DNA from: Selaginella moellendorffii
Lineage: Eukaryota > Plantae > Lycopodiophyta
DNA length: 64,000 nt
Assembly: GCF_000143415.4 (NCBI RefSeq)
Contig: NW_003314303.1
Span: 966,613-1,030,612, forward strand
Direction: 5' to 3'
Below are positions 51,649-63,900 of this stretch, one piece after another. The stretch's first letter is position 1, and every line of letters starts with the position of its first letter. The notes below the pieces were generated by a model that saw only the letters and a program-made list of their open reading frames with translations, was not told where the DNA came from and did no database searches. A program made the position numbers and the translations under genes.

Positions 51649-52194
51649 TTACATTCCCCTATAGGGTGGCCTAAAAACCCCATATTTTGCACTAGCCAAT
51701 GCAGTGTTTCCCAAGGGGATGTTGTTCCTTGCCATGAAGTGATAGTGGGTATGTGTCTGTAACTCATTCTTGAATCTATTATACATCCACATGTGCACAT
51801 TTTCCAGACCTGCCGTTGAGCAAGTCTTACAGTGCTCAAGAAAAGTTTGTAAACCCATAGAGCCATTTGTCTTGTCCAAGAAAAAATAGCATATTGGACA
51901 CTGAATGTAATAGCGTTCTGTGCTTTCAAGTAGTCCTGCCATGTCAGGAGCAAGATCTTGCAAAAACATGTGGCATTGCTCTTGAAGCGCTAAAGGCAAT
52001 CCCTCTCTAGTAGCAAGATCCGGAATTTCACATATAGGGAGCTCTAATTCAGCTTCACTAGAGCCCTCAGCAGAAAAAGGATTGTTATGTAGAGGTGAAG
52101 GTGGAATGTTGGTAGAACTTGGGGATGGAGGTGGAGATTGATATGAAATGCTAGGGGGCCAAGTACGATTAGCAATGGGTCTCCTTTGAGCCAT
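51649..52194 (-). CDS. Small zinc-finger protein (CPIC-x18-HC..C), open ORF inside the MULE
   Basis: 181-aa intact ORF with Pro/Ser-rich N-terminus and CPICYF...FLEHCKTC...KNELQTHTHY. Confidence 0.6.
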   Translation of the reverse strand: MAQRRPIANRTWPPSISYQSPPPSPSSTNIPPSPLHNNPFSAEGSSEAELELPICEIPDLATREGLPLALQEQCHMFLQDLAPDMAGLLESTERYYIQCPICYFFLDKTNGSMGLQTFLEHCKTCSTAGLENVHMWMYNRFKNELQTHTHYHFMARNNIPLGNTALASAKYGVFRPPYRGM

Positions 52195-52283
52195 TTCAAT
52201 ATAAACTTCTAAGGAGCTCAAGGAGAACAAAAAACCTACAATGACTATAACTTTTCTAGATAGTTTATATACTAAGTTTTAGT

Positions 52284-52423
52284 CTTGGGAATGTGGTTTA
52301 TTATTATGACACTGACAATACTTAGATTCTTGGGAACGAGGTTTATTTATTATGACACTGACAATACTCAGATTCTTGGGAATGAGGTTTATTTATTATG
52401 ACACTGACAATACTCAGATTCTT
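52284..52423. repeat. 46-bp tandem repeat x3 containing TGACACTGACA
   Basis: CTTGGGAA..AGGTTTATTTATTATGACACTGACAATACTCAGATT repeated three times. Confidence 0.9.
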
Positions 52424-53807
52424 TAAATGTCAATCTTGGAAATGGGGCTTCATAATCATAGCTTTCTTGTAAACATAAGAGCTTCTAGAATTTTAGATTA
52501 TCGTGTATACACATGCTCTATCATTATGATGAATCCTACTTTGCTACACATATATTCTTTTCTACACATGCCAAATGTCTACGGAAATAAATTGCAAGGA
52601 AATATAGACCACATTATAGTGGTAGAGCACGTTGGCACGCTACCATTCTCTTATGTGAGATTGCCTTTTAGTCTTGGAAATGTAGATAAAGTTGATTATT
52701 TGATGTGATATTACTTTTGAGTCTTTCAAAAGATTTTGATTTCTTTTATCATTATTTACAAACAATTCCCAAAAACTTTTAATGAGGATTCACTGCAAAA
52801 TATACCTTGGTTTTATCATATGAGAGGATTGCGATATAGGCAAACAATAGAGTTTTTAATATGAATTAATATGTAAATTACAAATGTCATGGAAAGTTTT
52901 ATGGAGTAGATTTCTTGGTGCTTTCCACTGTGCTGTTCATTTCTTCATTTCTCTTGCTCTGGACTGTTGTTTCAGAAGTAACAGGAGCATTTTTATCAAT
53001 CGTGATAGTGGTCTCCACATTCCCAGATGGGTAATAAGGACCAGGAGTGTAATATGGAGATTGTGGTAGTGAAACAAAATTAACATTCTCACATTCCTTT
53101 GCGCTACAACTCTTACTCACAGATCTTGTATTTTCCTTGCTTCCCATCTTCTCAAGAACCCTAAAAACTCTTTTGAATGAAGGAATAGTATCTACAGCTG
53201 TAAAAGTATTCAAAATATTAAGTAGTCAAATCAAATATGACAGCTGTAACAGTTGTCGTAATAAAATAATATAGTTTTATAAAAGATAGGTTCTCATGAA
53301 CTTTATCTTTTTTAAACAATTCAATCTTATAGAAACTTTTAACTTAGATATTTACGTATTTTAATATTTTAAAGTTTGCTAGAACCTTCATTTGTTCAAT
53401 TTAGATCTCCTTTGTAATAATTCTTATTGACTATGTTGACTTGAGTTGACTTGTGTTGAATTGAGCTCAACTCATGAGCTCAACTCAACTTTGGACCATC
53501 CCCTTGGAGATGGGCCATTAGACTCGAGATTGCACTACTCCAAAGCCTATCAAACAATTAACTAAGATAGCAAAAACTAATCCACTCGAGAGTGATAGAA
53601 TTGCTATAGCAAATGAGGTTGTTGAGGAGCTTTGCAATGCAAAGGCAATTGCAGCACCAAGTAGGTGGCTCTTAGGCTTTAGTTGTACTAATTTTATAGG
53701 CAATAAAAAGAGTTTTTTTGAGTGTTATCAATTGAATATAGTGTTCATTTAGGTGATAATACCACTATCTCTATAGAAGGCATTAGGCTATTTCAGCTCT
53801 CACTTGA

Positions 53808-54370
53808 TGTAAGCAACCAAAAAGAACGACTTGAGAGACGATCTATGAGGTTCAAATATAAAGGGAAAGGGCCCATGAATAAGAGTGCACCCCCTTTTTC
53901 AATCAGTTAAGGGTTTTGGGATATTTGGGGTTAGTTTGAATAATTCTGGGCTAGATGACCTCCCAGAAAGTCCAAATTCAATAGTTTACATTTGGTATCA
54001 GAAGGGGTCTTAGGTCCGACTTTGTTGATTGGCTAGGGGAATCACACCACATATTGATTGACATCTAGCAAGAGTTTAGTTTGCTCCCGCTGGGCTTGAC
54101 CCGAGGGGTAGGGTGTCAAAAGAGTGGAGCTCTCAGAAGAGCTACGGCTCTCAGCTTCCGTTCACAAAGGTGTGAACTTGTAGGGAAGCGTGGTGGATTA
54201 TAAGCAACCAAAGAGAACGACTCAAATATAAAGGGAAAAAGCCCATAAATAAGAGTGCACCCCTTTTTTCTAATTGGTTAAGGGTTTTGGGATATTTAGA
54301 ATTAAGTGTTTGGGTTTGAATAGTTCTGGGCTAGATGACCTCCCAGAAAGTTTAAATTCATGAGTTTACA
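53808..54370 (+). mobile_element. Second Cassandra TRIM, inserted in the Copia protease region
   Basis: LTRs 53808-53990 and 54199-54370; PBS TGGTATCAGA; PPT GGGAAGCGTGGTGGAT; degenerate 5S box; reverse-complement homolog of 326-916. Confidence 0.9.
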
Positions 54371-57300
54371 AGAAGGACTATGGCATTTGATGGTGCCATG
54401 CATGTCTCCACCTTGCAACAAAACTTAATATCTGTCGCCAAGATATGTGATCAAAATATAATGGTAGTCTTTGATGCAAAGGGAGTCTTTTTTGTTGACT
54501 CTAGCGACTTTCACATGCTTGGTACACAGTTGCTTCATGGGCCATGCATTGGGGACTTATATAAAATCACTACTTCTGACCAAATTCAAGCCTTTCAAAC
54601 CGTAAAGGGAGATTTTCATGTAGAGCTCTAGGACAAGAGACTTGATCATGTCCATTACCAATTTTTTCAATGGATGAAATCCCAAAATATTATTACTAGA
54701 TTGGATTTCTGACATATCCTACATTTTGTGAAGCTTGTGTTTTAGGCAAGCATCACCGCCAGAATTTCTCACTAAGCAAACATTGAGCAATTGGACTTCT
54801 GGATTTTGTCCATTTTGATTTTTGTGGCCCCATGGACTTGCCAAGCCACGATGGTGTAAGATATTTCATCATATTCATTGATGACTATAGCTGTTGGACA
54901 TGCATCCACTTCTTGATGCATAAGAGTGATGTAGATGCTACATTTCCAACGTACAAAGCCTACGTTGAAAATCTCCTTGGTCGAAAGATAAAAGCTCTTC
55001 GAGTTGATGGTGGTGGTGAATACCTCAACAATGAGCTTCAGGGCATTTATCATGATGTAAGCATATGACTGCAAGCCATAGCCCATTACACCCCTTGGCA
55101 AAATGGTGTTGTAGAAAGGAAAAATCACACTTTTGTCAATGTTGCTTGTGCTTTATTAAATGATGCACATCTTGACAAGATATTTTGGCAAGAGGCCATA
55201 GCCACAGCAATGCATGTCTAAAATCACCTTGCCATGGCTACTTTGGATGGAAAGCCCTTGAGGCATTTTGGACAGGTTCTACTCCTAATGTGTCCCACTT
55301 TCGGGTCTTTGGTTATGTAGCATATACACATACCCTTGATCAACTTCAGAAAAAACTAGATCCCAAAAGTAGAAAATTCATCTTCATTGGATATGCATAG
55401 GATGACACCATTGAAGAAAAACTTACAAATTGTGGGATTTTGAATCTCACAAAGCCCTTGTAAGCACAGATGTTATGTTCAACAAAGATGACTTTCCCAT
55501 GTATACAAAGGTTCTTCAAAATCCTTTTTTCATTGCTAAGACTCAACTTGTTCCTTTGATCCCACTTATGGGAGATGGTCCACTCTTGCCTCCACCTTTA
55601 AATCCTATTCATGAGTTGCCACTAGAGATTCCATTGGGGAATTCTCCACTTTTGAACATGCTTGAATCAGCTGATGCTCCTCCAGTCGAGGACAAGCCTC
55701 CGACACCCCCACCACCTTGTCAATGTTGTGGCATGCCTAATTTGATGCCAATTCTTGATCACCCTTAGGAATGTCAACCCTCATTGAAAGTCCAAGAAAA
55801 TGCTGACGCAAATGCTACAAAGCTTGATGACTTTTGTGGCCTTGTTGATGTCAGCATCCCCATGACCTATGATGAGGCCGTCTTAGGACCTGAGGCTCCA
55901 TCTTGGATGGAGACCATTGCGAAAGAAGTTGCTTCCATTCGGGATAATGGAACTTATGTTCTAGTTGATTCAACACCACCGGGATGACGTGTTTTGGATC
56001 CAAAATTGATTTTTTCCAAAAAGTATGGGAAAGATGGTCAGGTTATATGTTATAAGGCATGGTTGGTTATTCATAGATTTTGCCAAGTCCATGGCCTTGA
56101 CTATGATGAAACATTCTCGCTGGTTGTAAAAATGGCCAACCTTCGTACCCTTTTTGCACTTGCAGTTGCTCACAAATGGCAAGTCTACCATATAGATGTC
56201 AAAATAGCATTTTTGAATGGGGATTTCTATATGCATATACCTCATGGTTTTGAGGATGATGTTGTCCCTTGTGGCCCTATATGGCAATTGCAGAAAGCTT
56301 TGTATGGCCTAAAACAGAGCTCCCGTATTTGGTATAAAAAATTTGATGCCACCCTACATGCTCAAGGTTCTCATTGCTACCATGCTGATTACAATGTGTA
56401 TGTGAATGGTCATTCTGAGAACATGCTTATTATGGTCCTCTACATTGATGATTTGCTCATCATGGGTGATGACATCGATGCCATTGCTGCTCTGAAAGTT
56501 GCTCTCAACCAGTAGTTCTAGATGAAGGACCTTGGCCAGGTCTCCTACTTTCTTGGCTTTGAAGTCATACATGATCCTAAGTTTGGTGGCTACATGCTTA
56601 GCCAATGACGTAAGGTCGAAGTCTTGTTGAATCGGTTTGGTATGCGTGATTAACACCCCTTCAAGACCCTGATGGTTGTTGGTGGTATCAACCTCACAGT
56701 TGAGCAGTTTGGTGAGCCTCTACCCACTAGGACTCCCTATTAGCATCTCATTGGTTGCCTCATCTATTTGGCCCTGATGACTTGCCTCGATATCACATAT
56801 GCAACTATTGCCTTGAGTAAGTACAACACATCACCATACATTAGCAAGTTGCCAAGTGTATCATGAGATACCTCCGGGGCACTATGGACTATGGCATTGC
56901 TTATTCAGGGGGTGATGCATCATTGACATGCTACATGGATGTTAGCTTTGCCAACAACAAAGGCCATTGATCGACTTCTAGCATTTGCGTTTCCTTCTTA
57001 GGAGGTGCCATCACATGGGCCTCCAAGTGACAACCTATGGTGGCACTTTCTAGTGTAGAAGTGGAGTACATTGCATTCACTACTGGTAGTAGGGACATGG
57101 TTTGGACTGAGGGTTACTTGCTGATCTAGGATGTGCACAAGTTGGCCCCACTAATTCTTGATGTGACAACCAAAGCAGCACTACCATGTCCAAGAACCCT
57201 GTCCACCATGCTCGCTCAAAGCACATTGAAGTCTAATTTCACTATGTGGGTGAGTTGGTTGACAGTGGCACCCTGGCCATCCATCTCGGGACACAGGACA

Positions 57301-57757
57301 TGCCAGCTGACCTTCTCACCAAGCCGTTGGGGCCACACCAGTTTCAACTTCTATACAATAGATTTCGTTTGGTGAGTTGCTTCGGTTTGGGGGGGAGTGT
57401 TACACAACACACTTCACCACATAGACATTAGGGTTTTCCTATTCTGTTCGCTAGTGCGGTGCATTTTGATCCTGATTTGTCTCAGTCTTGACATGGCAAG
57501 TTACAAGTCATATATGCATGGATATATTGCATGGAGACCAAGGTTAGAACTCCAAAACATATGCAAAAGAAAACAAGCAAATGCCCAATCAATCATGCTT
57601 TGCCTTTCACTTTGTCATTATTGTGGGGTTATTAGCAAGCTCTTAAGAACTAAAGTGAAACGATTAGCCTGGAAGAGTTAAAGATTATTGTGAATGTGAC
57701 ATTAGATATCAAAAGATATTTTTTGGTAAGTCCTTATAATCACTATCTTTTTATTGT

Positions 57758-59045
57758 AACAATGGTAAGAGATCGGTATTGTTAATTCTTTTTTGTTAGT
57801 CTCTTTTGTTTAAGTGTAGTAAACTGGGTTTAGCATTTGTATTTAGTCAAATAAACATAAAATAGGAACTCTTATGTGTTTTTTTACTGAATATACTTGA
57901 TATGGCTTTTAATTCTCTTTTGCTTTATCTTACACTAACTTGGCAAGAACTCTCATGTATTCTTAATATTGTTATATAATAGATTACTGTGTCCATTAAA
58001 CACCCTCATTATCATGCCTTATGTGTTGATCTTATTTCAGTCCCATATGCTATTTATGATAAGTGCCTAGATTTATTTATAGAATATAGAGAGTGTTCTA
58101 AANNNNNNNNNNNNNNNNNNNNNNNNNNNNNNNNNNNNNNNNNNNNNNNNNNNNNNNNNNNNNNNNNNNNNNNNNNNNNNNNNNNNNNNNNNNNNNNNNN
58201 NNGTATATGAAATTATGCTAAATTTGTTAAACATTGTTTTGTGTGGAAGAGTTGAATATATGAGTGGGGTGTTGGTAGGGGAAATTAAGTGAGTACCATA
58301 CCCTCATTTCATAGCACAAAGAGCTTAGAGTTTGATTTTAAAAGGTGTGCTATATTTTGTATCAGATGAATTATTTTAGTGATTTTTATCCAACTTTTGT
58401 TGGAGTTTCTAACTTTAGTTGTAGGCCTATATAGGATTAACTTGATTATACCATTCAGTAAAAACATTATATGCATGTTTATTTATTAATAAAGACATGC
58501 ATACAAATAATATGATGGTGAAATAGAACTATATTGATGATGTTGAGACCTCTAGATGAGCAAATCAATAATAAGAAACTCTTACTGAAGATACTGTAGA
58601 AGAAGATAAAGCTGAGTCAGAGGAGGAAGAGCTTGGGCTAGATGTTGTGAATGTGACTTCGGGTATCGAAAGTTATCTATTGGCTAGTCCTTTTAGATAT
58701 TTTTTCTTTACTGCCACGACGGTAGGAAGTCTATATTGTTGGTTCCTTTTATCAACCCTTTTTATTCAAGTGTTAATTTATTGGGCTTAGCATCTGTACT
58801 TAGCCAGATGAACATAAGGTAGAAACTCCTATGTGTTTCTAGTTGAGCATTATTGGCCTAGCTCTTAGTTCTCTTTTGCTCTATCTTGCACTAGCTTGGC
58901 AAGAACCCTCTTGTATTAAGACTAGTGCCTCAATATCACTAGATGATATCTTACTATATTTGCCAAACACTCTCGCTATCATGCCGTTTCCATTAGTCTT
59001 GTTTCGGTTCTAAACACTATTTATGGAAAGTGTCTAGATTTACTC
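57758..59045. repeat. Diverged ~330-bp direct repeats (57758-58085 and ~58715-59045), probably retroelement-derived
   Basis: Colinear blocks such as GGG(T/C)TTAGCAT.TGTA.TTAG and CTTGGCAAGAAC.CTC.TGTATT. Confidence 0.6.
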
Positions 59046-59279
59046 ATTATGAGACACAAATCCCTAAGCCCCAAAGAGGAGCCAAAAAGGTGCCATGTGG
59101 TAGTGGCCGAAGTGAAAGCCAAACAAGCGTAACACATTTGGATTAAAAGCTCTAAGTCAAAAAGTTGAGGGCGGGAGTGGAACTCCCAATGAAGTGCTCA
59201 AGAAACGAGCACAAAGCGAGTAATAAGCGAGGCTCTAAAAAAGGGACACAAAAGGACCAACATATGATATGTGAAAGTG

Positions 59280-59730
59280 TCCAAGATGGAGTCCAAGAAG
59301 GAGTCCAACATGGAGTCCGAGATGGAGTCCAAGATGGATCCGAAATGGAGTCCGAGATAGACCCGAGATGGAGTCCGAGACGGTGTCCGAGAGGGAGTCT
59401 GAGATGGAGTCCGAGATGGACTCAAGATGGAGTCCGAGATGGAGTTTGAGATGGACCCGAGATGGAGTCCGAGATGGTATCCGAGAGGGAGTCTGAGATG
59501 GAGTCCGAGATGGACTCAAGATGGAGTCCGAGATGGAGTTCGAGATGGACCCGAGATAGAGTCCGAGATGGACCTGAGATGGAGTCCAAGATGGAGCCCA
59601 AGATGGACCCAAGGTGGAGTTCGAGATGGAGTCTGAGTTCGAGATGGAGTCTGACTCGAGATGGAGTCTGAGATGGACTTTGAGATGGAACCAAGACAGA
59701 GATCGAGACTGAGACTGAGACCGAGACCGA
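59280..59730. repeat. 12-bp minisatellite GAGATGGAGTCC with higher-order duplication
   Basis: Directly visible array, grading into GAGAC(T/C) hexamers. Confidence 0.93.
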
Positions 59731-59752
59731 GGGGGGGGGGGGGGGGGAAGGC

Positions 59753-60701
59753 TGTAGAGGGTGGTTCCAAAAGTATAGTAGAGAGAGTGTAAGGATTGGA
59801 CCCCAGTGTGGATTGGAGCCTAGGAAGGCTGTACCCAAGTGTTGGGTGATGAGATATCCACTGGGAAGTCCAAGGCTAAAATGAATACGGACTGACAAGC
59901 AGGGTAGCTTGGTGAAGTGTTCAAGAGCTAGCTTTAGTTCCCATGGGAGATCAAATGGTCGATGCTCCCAATTCAAGTGTGGGTGGCACTACCTACTTGG
60001 ATACCTGGCATGGCTTAACGGAACCTCACTTTAAGCCTATGGCTAGAGCACCCAAAGGCAGAAGGTTGGGAGAGAGTACCCATGAGGCTCGCGTAAAGCT
60101 ATGGTGTTCCAAAATGTTGTCTCAAAGTCCCAGACTGTGGAAAGGAAGAGGGGCAGTCCTCTGGTGTAGTGACCAAGGCTATGGTCACATAGTGTGGAAG
60201 TCCCAAAGGACCATACGACTTAGTGGTCAGGCCTGTGGGCCTTGACCTAGTGGTAGTGTCGGCGAATACAGCCATGGACAAAAAGGGACTTGGTGGGGAC
60301 TAGAAAAGGGATATTAAGGAAAGCTATTCCCCATGTTTGTGGGCATTTTAAGGATGCTAAGGAGTGAATTTGGGATGACCACTCATGGATGGATAGTCCA
60401 GTTTGTGAAAGATAGGACTGTGATGCAAGTGGTGTTGGACCACCAATGTGGCAAAGGTGAATGAGCATGGCTTTAGTGTAACGGGCCAATATGTCGATGG
60501 TACCTTTGGGTGTCAGTCATAAGATCAGATATGTAGAGCACTTAGACCAAATGCAAAGGTTGAGTGGCATAGATGCCATTCTCGGGGCTAGCAAGCCCCA
60601 AGTCTTAAATTGGATTTATAGAGGTTGTGAATGTGACTCCTCCAAGTGGTCAAAGGTTTGGTTAAGTGATTAAAGTAGAATGGAAAATTTAATCGCTTAC
60701 A
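59753..60701 (+). mobile_element. 3' LTR (~950 bp) preceded by a poly-G PPT
   Basis: G-run at ~59731-59747, then TGTAG...CTTACA; homologous to 1-1510. Confidence 0.82.
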
Positions 60702-60920
60702 CTCATTTGGCATATCTATGGAATGTAGACATTCTTTTAAACACAATGGTGTTCATCCCGTATCTAAATTCACAATTTAGGGACATTCCATATTTGATAA
60801 GTTTTGAGCTTATCCCAAAATTACCTCTTGGTACTAAAGGTGGTTAAAGGTGAAAGCATAAAGCATGGGTGGGTGGCAGGGGGCTATTAGGGGTTCCAAA
60901 TGTATAGTAGGGATAGTGGG

Positions 60921-63900
60921 TGTCAGGAATCCCTCAATTCTTGCCACATTCCTGACTCTCACCGGATTCCTGACCTGCAGACCACATTCCTGACTCTCGA
61001 GACACTTCCCTATTCCTAACTCTCTGACTTCCTGTATGATTCTTGAGTCTCGAGCCAGATTCCTGATGATGATGTGGCGCCTCCTCGACCTCAGCTATAT
61101 TTAGGCCATCCTCGATCTAAGAGTGGTGGAGCTTAGTCAACCTATAGTATATAGAGGTTAGCCTTGTTCCATTTCTCCACAATCTGAATCAACACCAATC
61201 TAAGGCCTCTTCTTTGTTATTCACTAGCTTTTCTCTTTGTCTTTTGCATTTTCTAGTCTTGATCTTGTTAGGGGTCTTGACAGTTTGATTCAGATTGTGG
61301 TTTTTTGTTTTTTGCTTTAGCTCGTTTTGATTGTTTGATTGCCTTTGCCTTTTTTCCCTCTTTTTTCTTTCTTCTTTTCCAATGGAGTCTCCACGCCATC
61401 CTGATTTCTTTGCTGAAGTCCTTGCAAAAATCCAGTCTGAGAATACTGAGCTGAAGGCGACCCTTCTTCGCATGCAGCAGGAACTTGCTTCACTTTTGGC
61501 TCAAGGATCCAGCAAAGTTCCTAAACCGAAGGTGAGTTTCCCGGCGAAATTTTTAGGGAAGCGTTCGGAGCTTCGCGGATTCCTGAACCAGATGGAGCTG
61601 ATCTTCGCACTTCAACATCAGCAGTACCCCACTCCCGAGTCTCAAATCGGTGCGATTGGGACGTTGCTCAAAGGTGCAGCTTTGTCATGGTTTTCTCCTC
61701 TCCTGGAGAAGAGCACGAAAGGGGTCGTGGTTCCGGAGCTGATGGATCTTCAATTGTTCAAAGAGAAGCTCGAAGCATGTTTTGGCGAGACGGATCGGGT
61801 TCGGGCTGCCACCACAAAGATGAGACGTCTTTCTCAAGGGTCTCGTCCTGCCTCGATCTATGCTGCAGAGTTCCAACTCCTTGCCTTGGACACTCAGTGG
61901 GATGAGCAGGCCCTGATTGATCAATTTCGTTATGGCTTCAACAACAGTGTCAAGGATTTGTTGCTCACCATGGAGGATCCCACAGACTTGTCGGACACCA
62001 TCAACAAAGCTGTTCGATGCGACAATCGTCTCTTTGAACGTCGTCAGGAAAGTCGCCGTGCCGCCGTTTTCCCGTCCCAGACTCAGGAATCCCAGCTTGA
62101 GTCTTCAGGGCATACTCCTGAACCTACTGCTCCGGTCCCGATGGATATTTCTGGTACTCCCCAACTCATTAGAGGGAAGTTGAGTCCTGCTGAGAAGCAA
62201 CGTCGAATATCTCATAATCTTTACCTCTACTGTGCTGATCCTAATCACAAAGCAGCTGTGTGTTCCAAGAAGCCTCCCTGACTGCTCGAGTTCACTTTGC
62301 CTCAAAGTCCACCTTTGTTGCAATCGGGAAACGACCCTGTCCAAACAAAGTAGGAGCTGTCTGTTTGGACTCCCCGAATAAAAATCACTTCTCTTCTTTA
62401 TCAAGCTCCTCACCACCTTTCATCAAAGCCACCACCAATTCCCGCAACTTCCGCATCCCATGTCTCCTTTCTTTCACCGGACAATCAGGACTCAAGGCTC
62501 TAGTGCTACTGGACTCGGGTGCAACTTCCTGCTTCATGGACATGGACTTTGCTGCCCGACATCACGTTCCTCTTTCTCCTACCATACGGGATCTGCGGGT
62601 TGAAAGTATTGGCGGGCATTTTGTGTCTCCCTCTTCTGGACTTAGGGAAACATTGCCCGTTCGAGTACACATCGGCTCCACCGTCACCGATATCGCCTTC
62701 AACATCATCAACAGCAAGTCCTCCTCTGTGGTGCTTGGCCTCCCTTGGTTCCAACTACATCAGCCTCAAATCTATTGGAAGGAATCAAAGCTTGTCTCTC
62801 CCACATCACCATCTTCCATGGCTTCCCCTGCTGTTCATTGAGTCCGAATCAAGAAAAGTTCCCTAAACTCAAATCGGGGATCTATTCTTGACTCTACGAA
62901 GTTTTCACCCTCTTCTTTTTCCTCTCTTCCATCTTCCACTGGACAATATCCTCGTCTCATCATTCCATTTAGTCGTATGCCTTCTCCTATCTCCACAATC
63001 ACTATGAAAGAACTCCTTCATGAAGAACTTCTTTTCCTTTTTGCTTTGCATGTTTCTCCTGTCAGTCTTCTTGAGAAGTATCATGATTTTGGGGATGTGT
63101 TTGACAAGAAAAAAGCTAGTGTCTTGCCTGTTCATCGGCCTTATAACTGTCCCATTGATTTACAGGAAGGAGTGTCACCTCCGTGGGGGCCTATCTACGG
63201 GTTATCCCCGTCTGAGCTTCAGGCCCTCAAAGAGTACGTGGATCAGAACCTTGCCTCGGGGTATATTCAGCATTCACAGTCCCCGGCTGGAGCACCTGTC
63301 TTCTTTGTCAAGAAGAAGGACGGGAGTTTGCGGCTAGTCATCGACTACCGAGGTTTGAACAAGGTGACTGTTCGGAACTGTTATCCGCTGCCCCTGATCT
63401 CGGACATGTTGGAACGCCTCGGCAGTGCCCGCTTCTTCACCAAAATCGACCTCCGTGGAGCATACAACCTGATCCGGATCTGGCCTGGTGATGAATGGAA
63501 GACTGCATTCTGAACCCGCTATGGCCACTTCGAGTACACTGTCATGCCATTTGGCTTGACAAATACTCCAGCAGTTTTTCAACACATGGCAAACAACATC
63601 TTTCGGGAGTTTCTTGATCAGATGCTGATCGTCTACCTCGATGACATCCTCATCTACTCAAAAACTCAGGAGGAGCACGACGAACATGTACGTAAAGTGT
63701 TGGCGAAGTTGTGAGAACACGGCCTATACGCGAAGCTTGAGAAATGTTCCTTTGATCAGCAGTCTGTGGAGTTCCTTGGGTACATTGTCACTCCTGAGGG
63801 TATCACGATGGATCCTGCCAAAGTCAAGACTATTCTCGAATGGGAGCTTCCCCAATCAATGTTGGACGTTCAAGTTTTCCTTGGCTTCGCCAACTTCTAT

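Larger units (their letters stand above)
41379..53502. mobile_element. ~12 kb Mutator-like element (MULE) with cargo genes
   Basis: 9-bp TSD CTTGGAGAT (41370-41378, 53503-53511); GGG...CCC ends with imperfect TIRs and GAGTTGAGCTCA subterminal repeats in inverted orientation; internal transposase. Confidence 0.88.
40809..57484 (+). mobile_element. Complete degenerate Ty1/Copia element with nested insertions
   Basis: LTRs 40809-40893 and 57398-57484 (TG...CA); perfect TSD GTCTT; PBS TGGTATTGGAG; PPT GGGGGGGGAG. gag ~40918-41369 resumes after 53511; pol motifs CEACVLGK, VHFDFCGP, YIDDL and RNase H at 54380-57370, with many stops. Confidence 0.93.

Noticed and set aside
52899-53147. Additional small ORF near the right MULE end
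   Set aside because: Low-complexity 82 aa with no motif; cannot be supported without other copies.
1-60701. Same-orientation homologous LTRs at both window ends as one giant element enclosing the genes
   Set aside because: The copies are visibly diverged, no PBS follows the left LTR, and the enclosed genes are ordinary host genes; two independent insertions are more likely.
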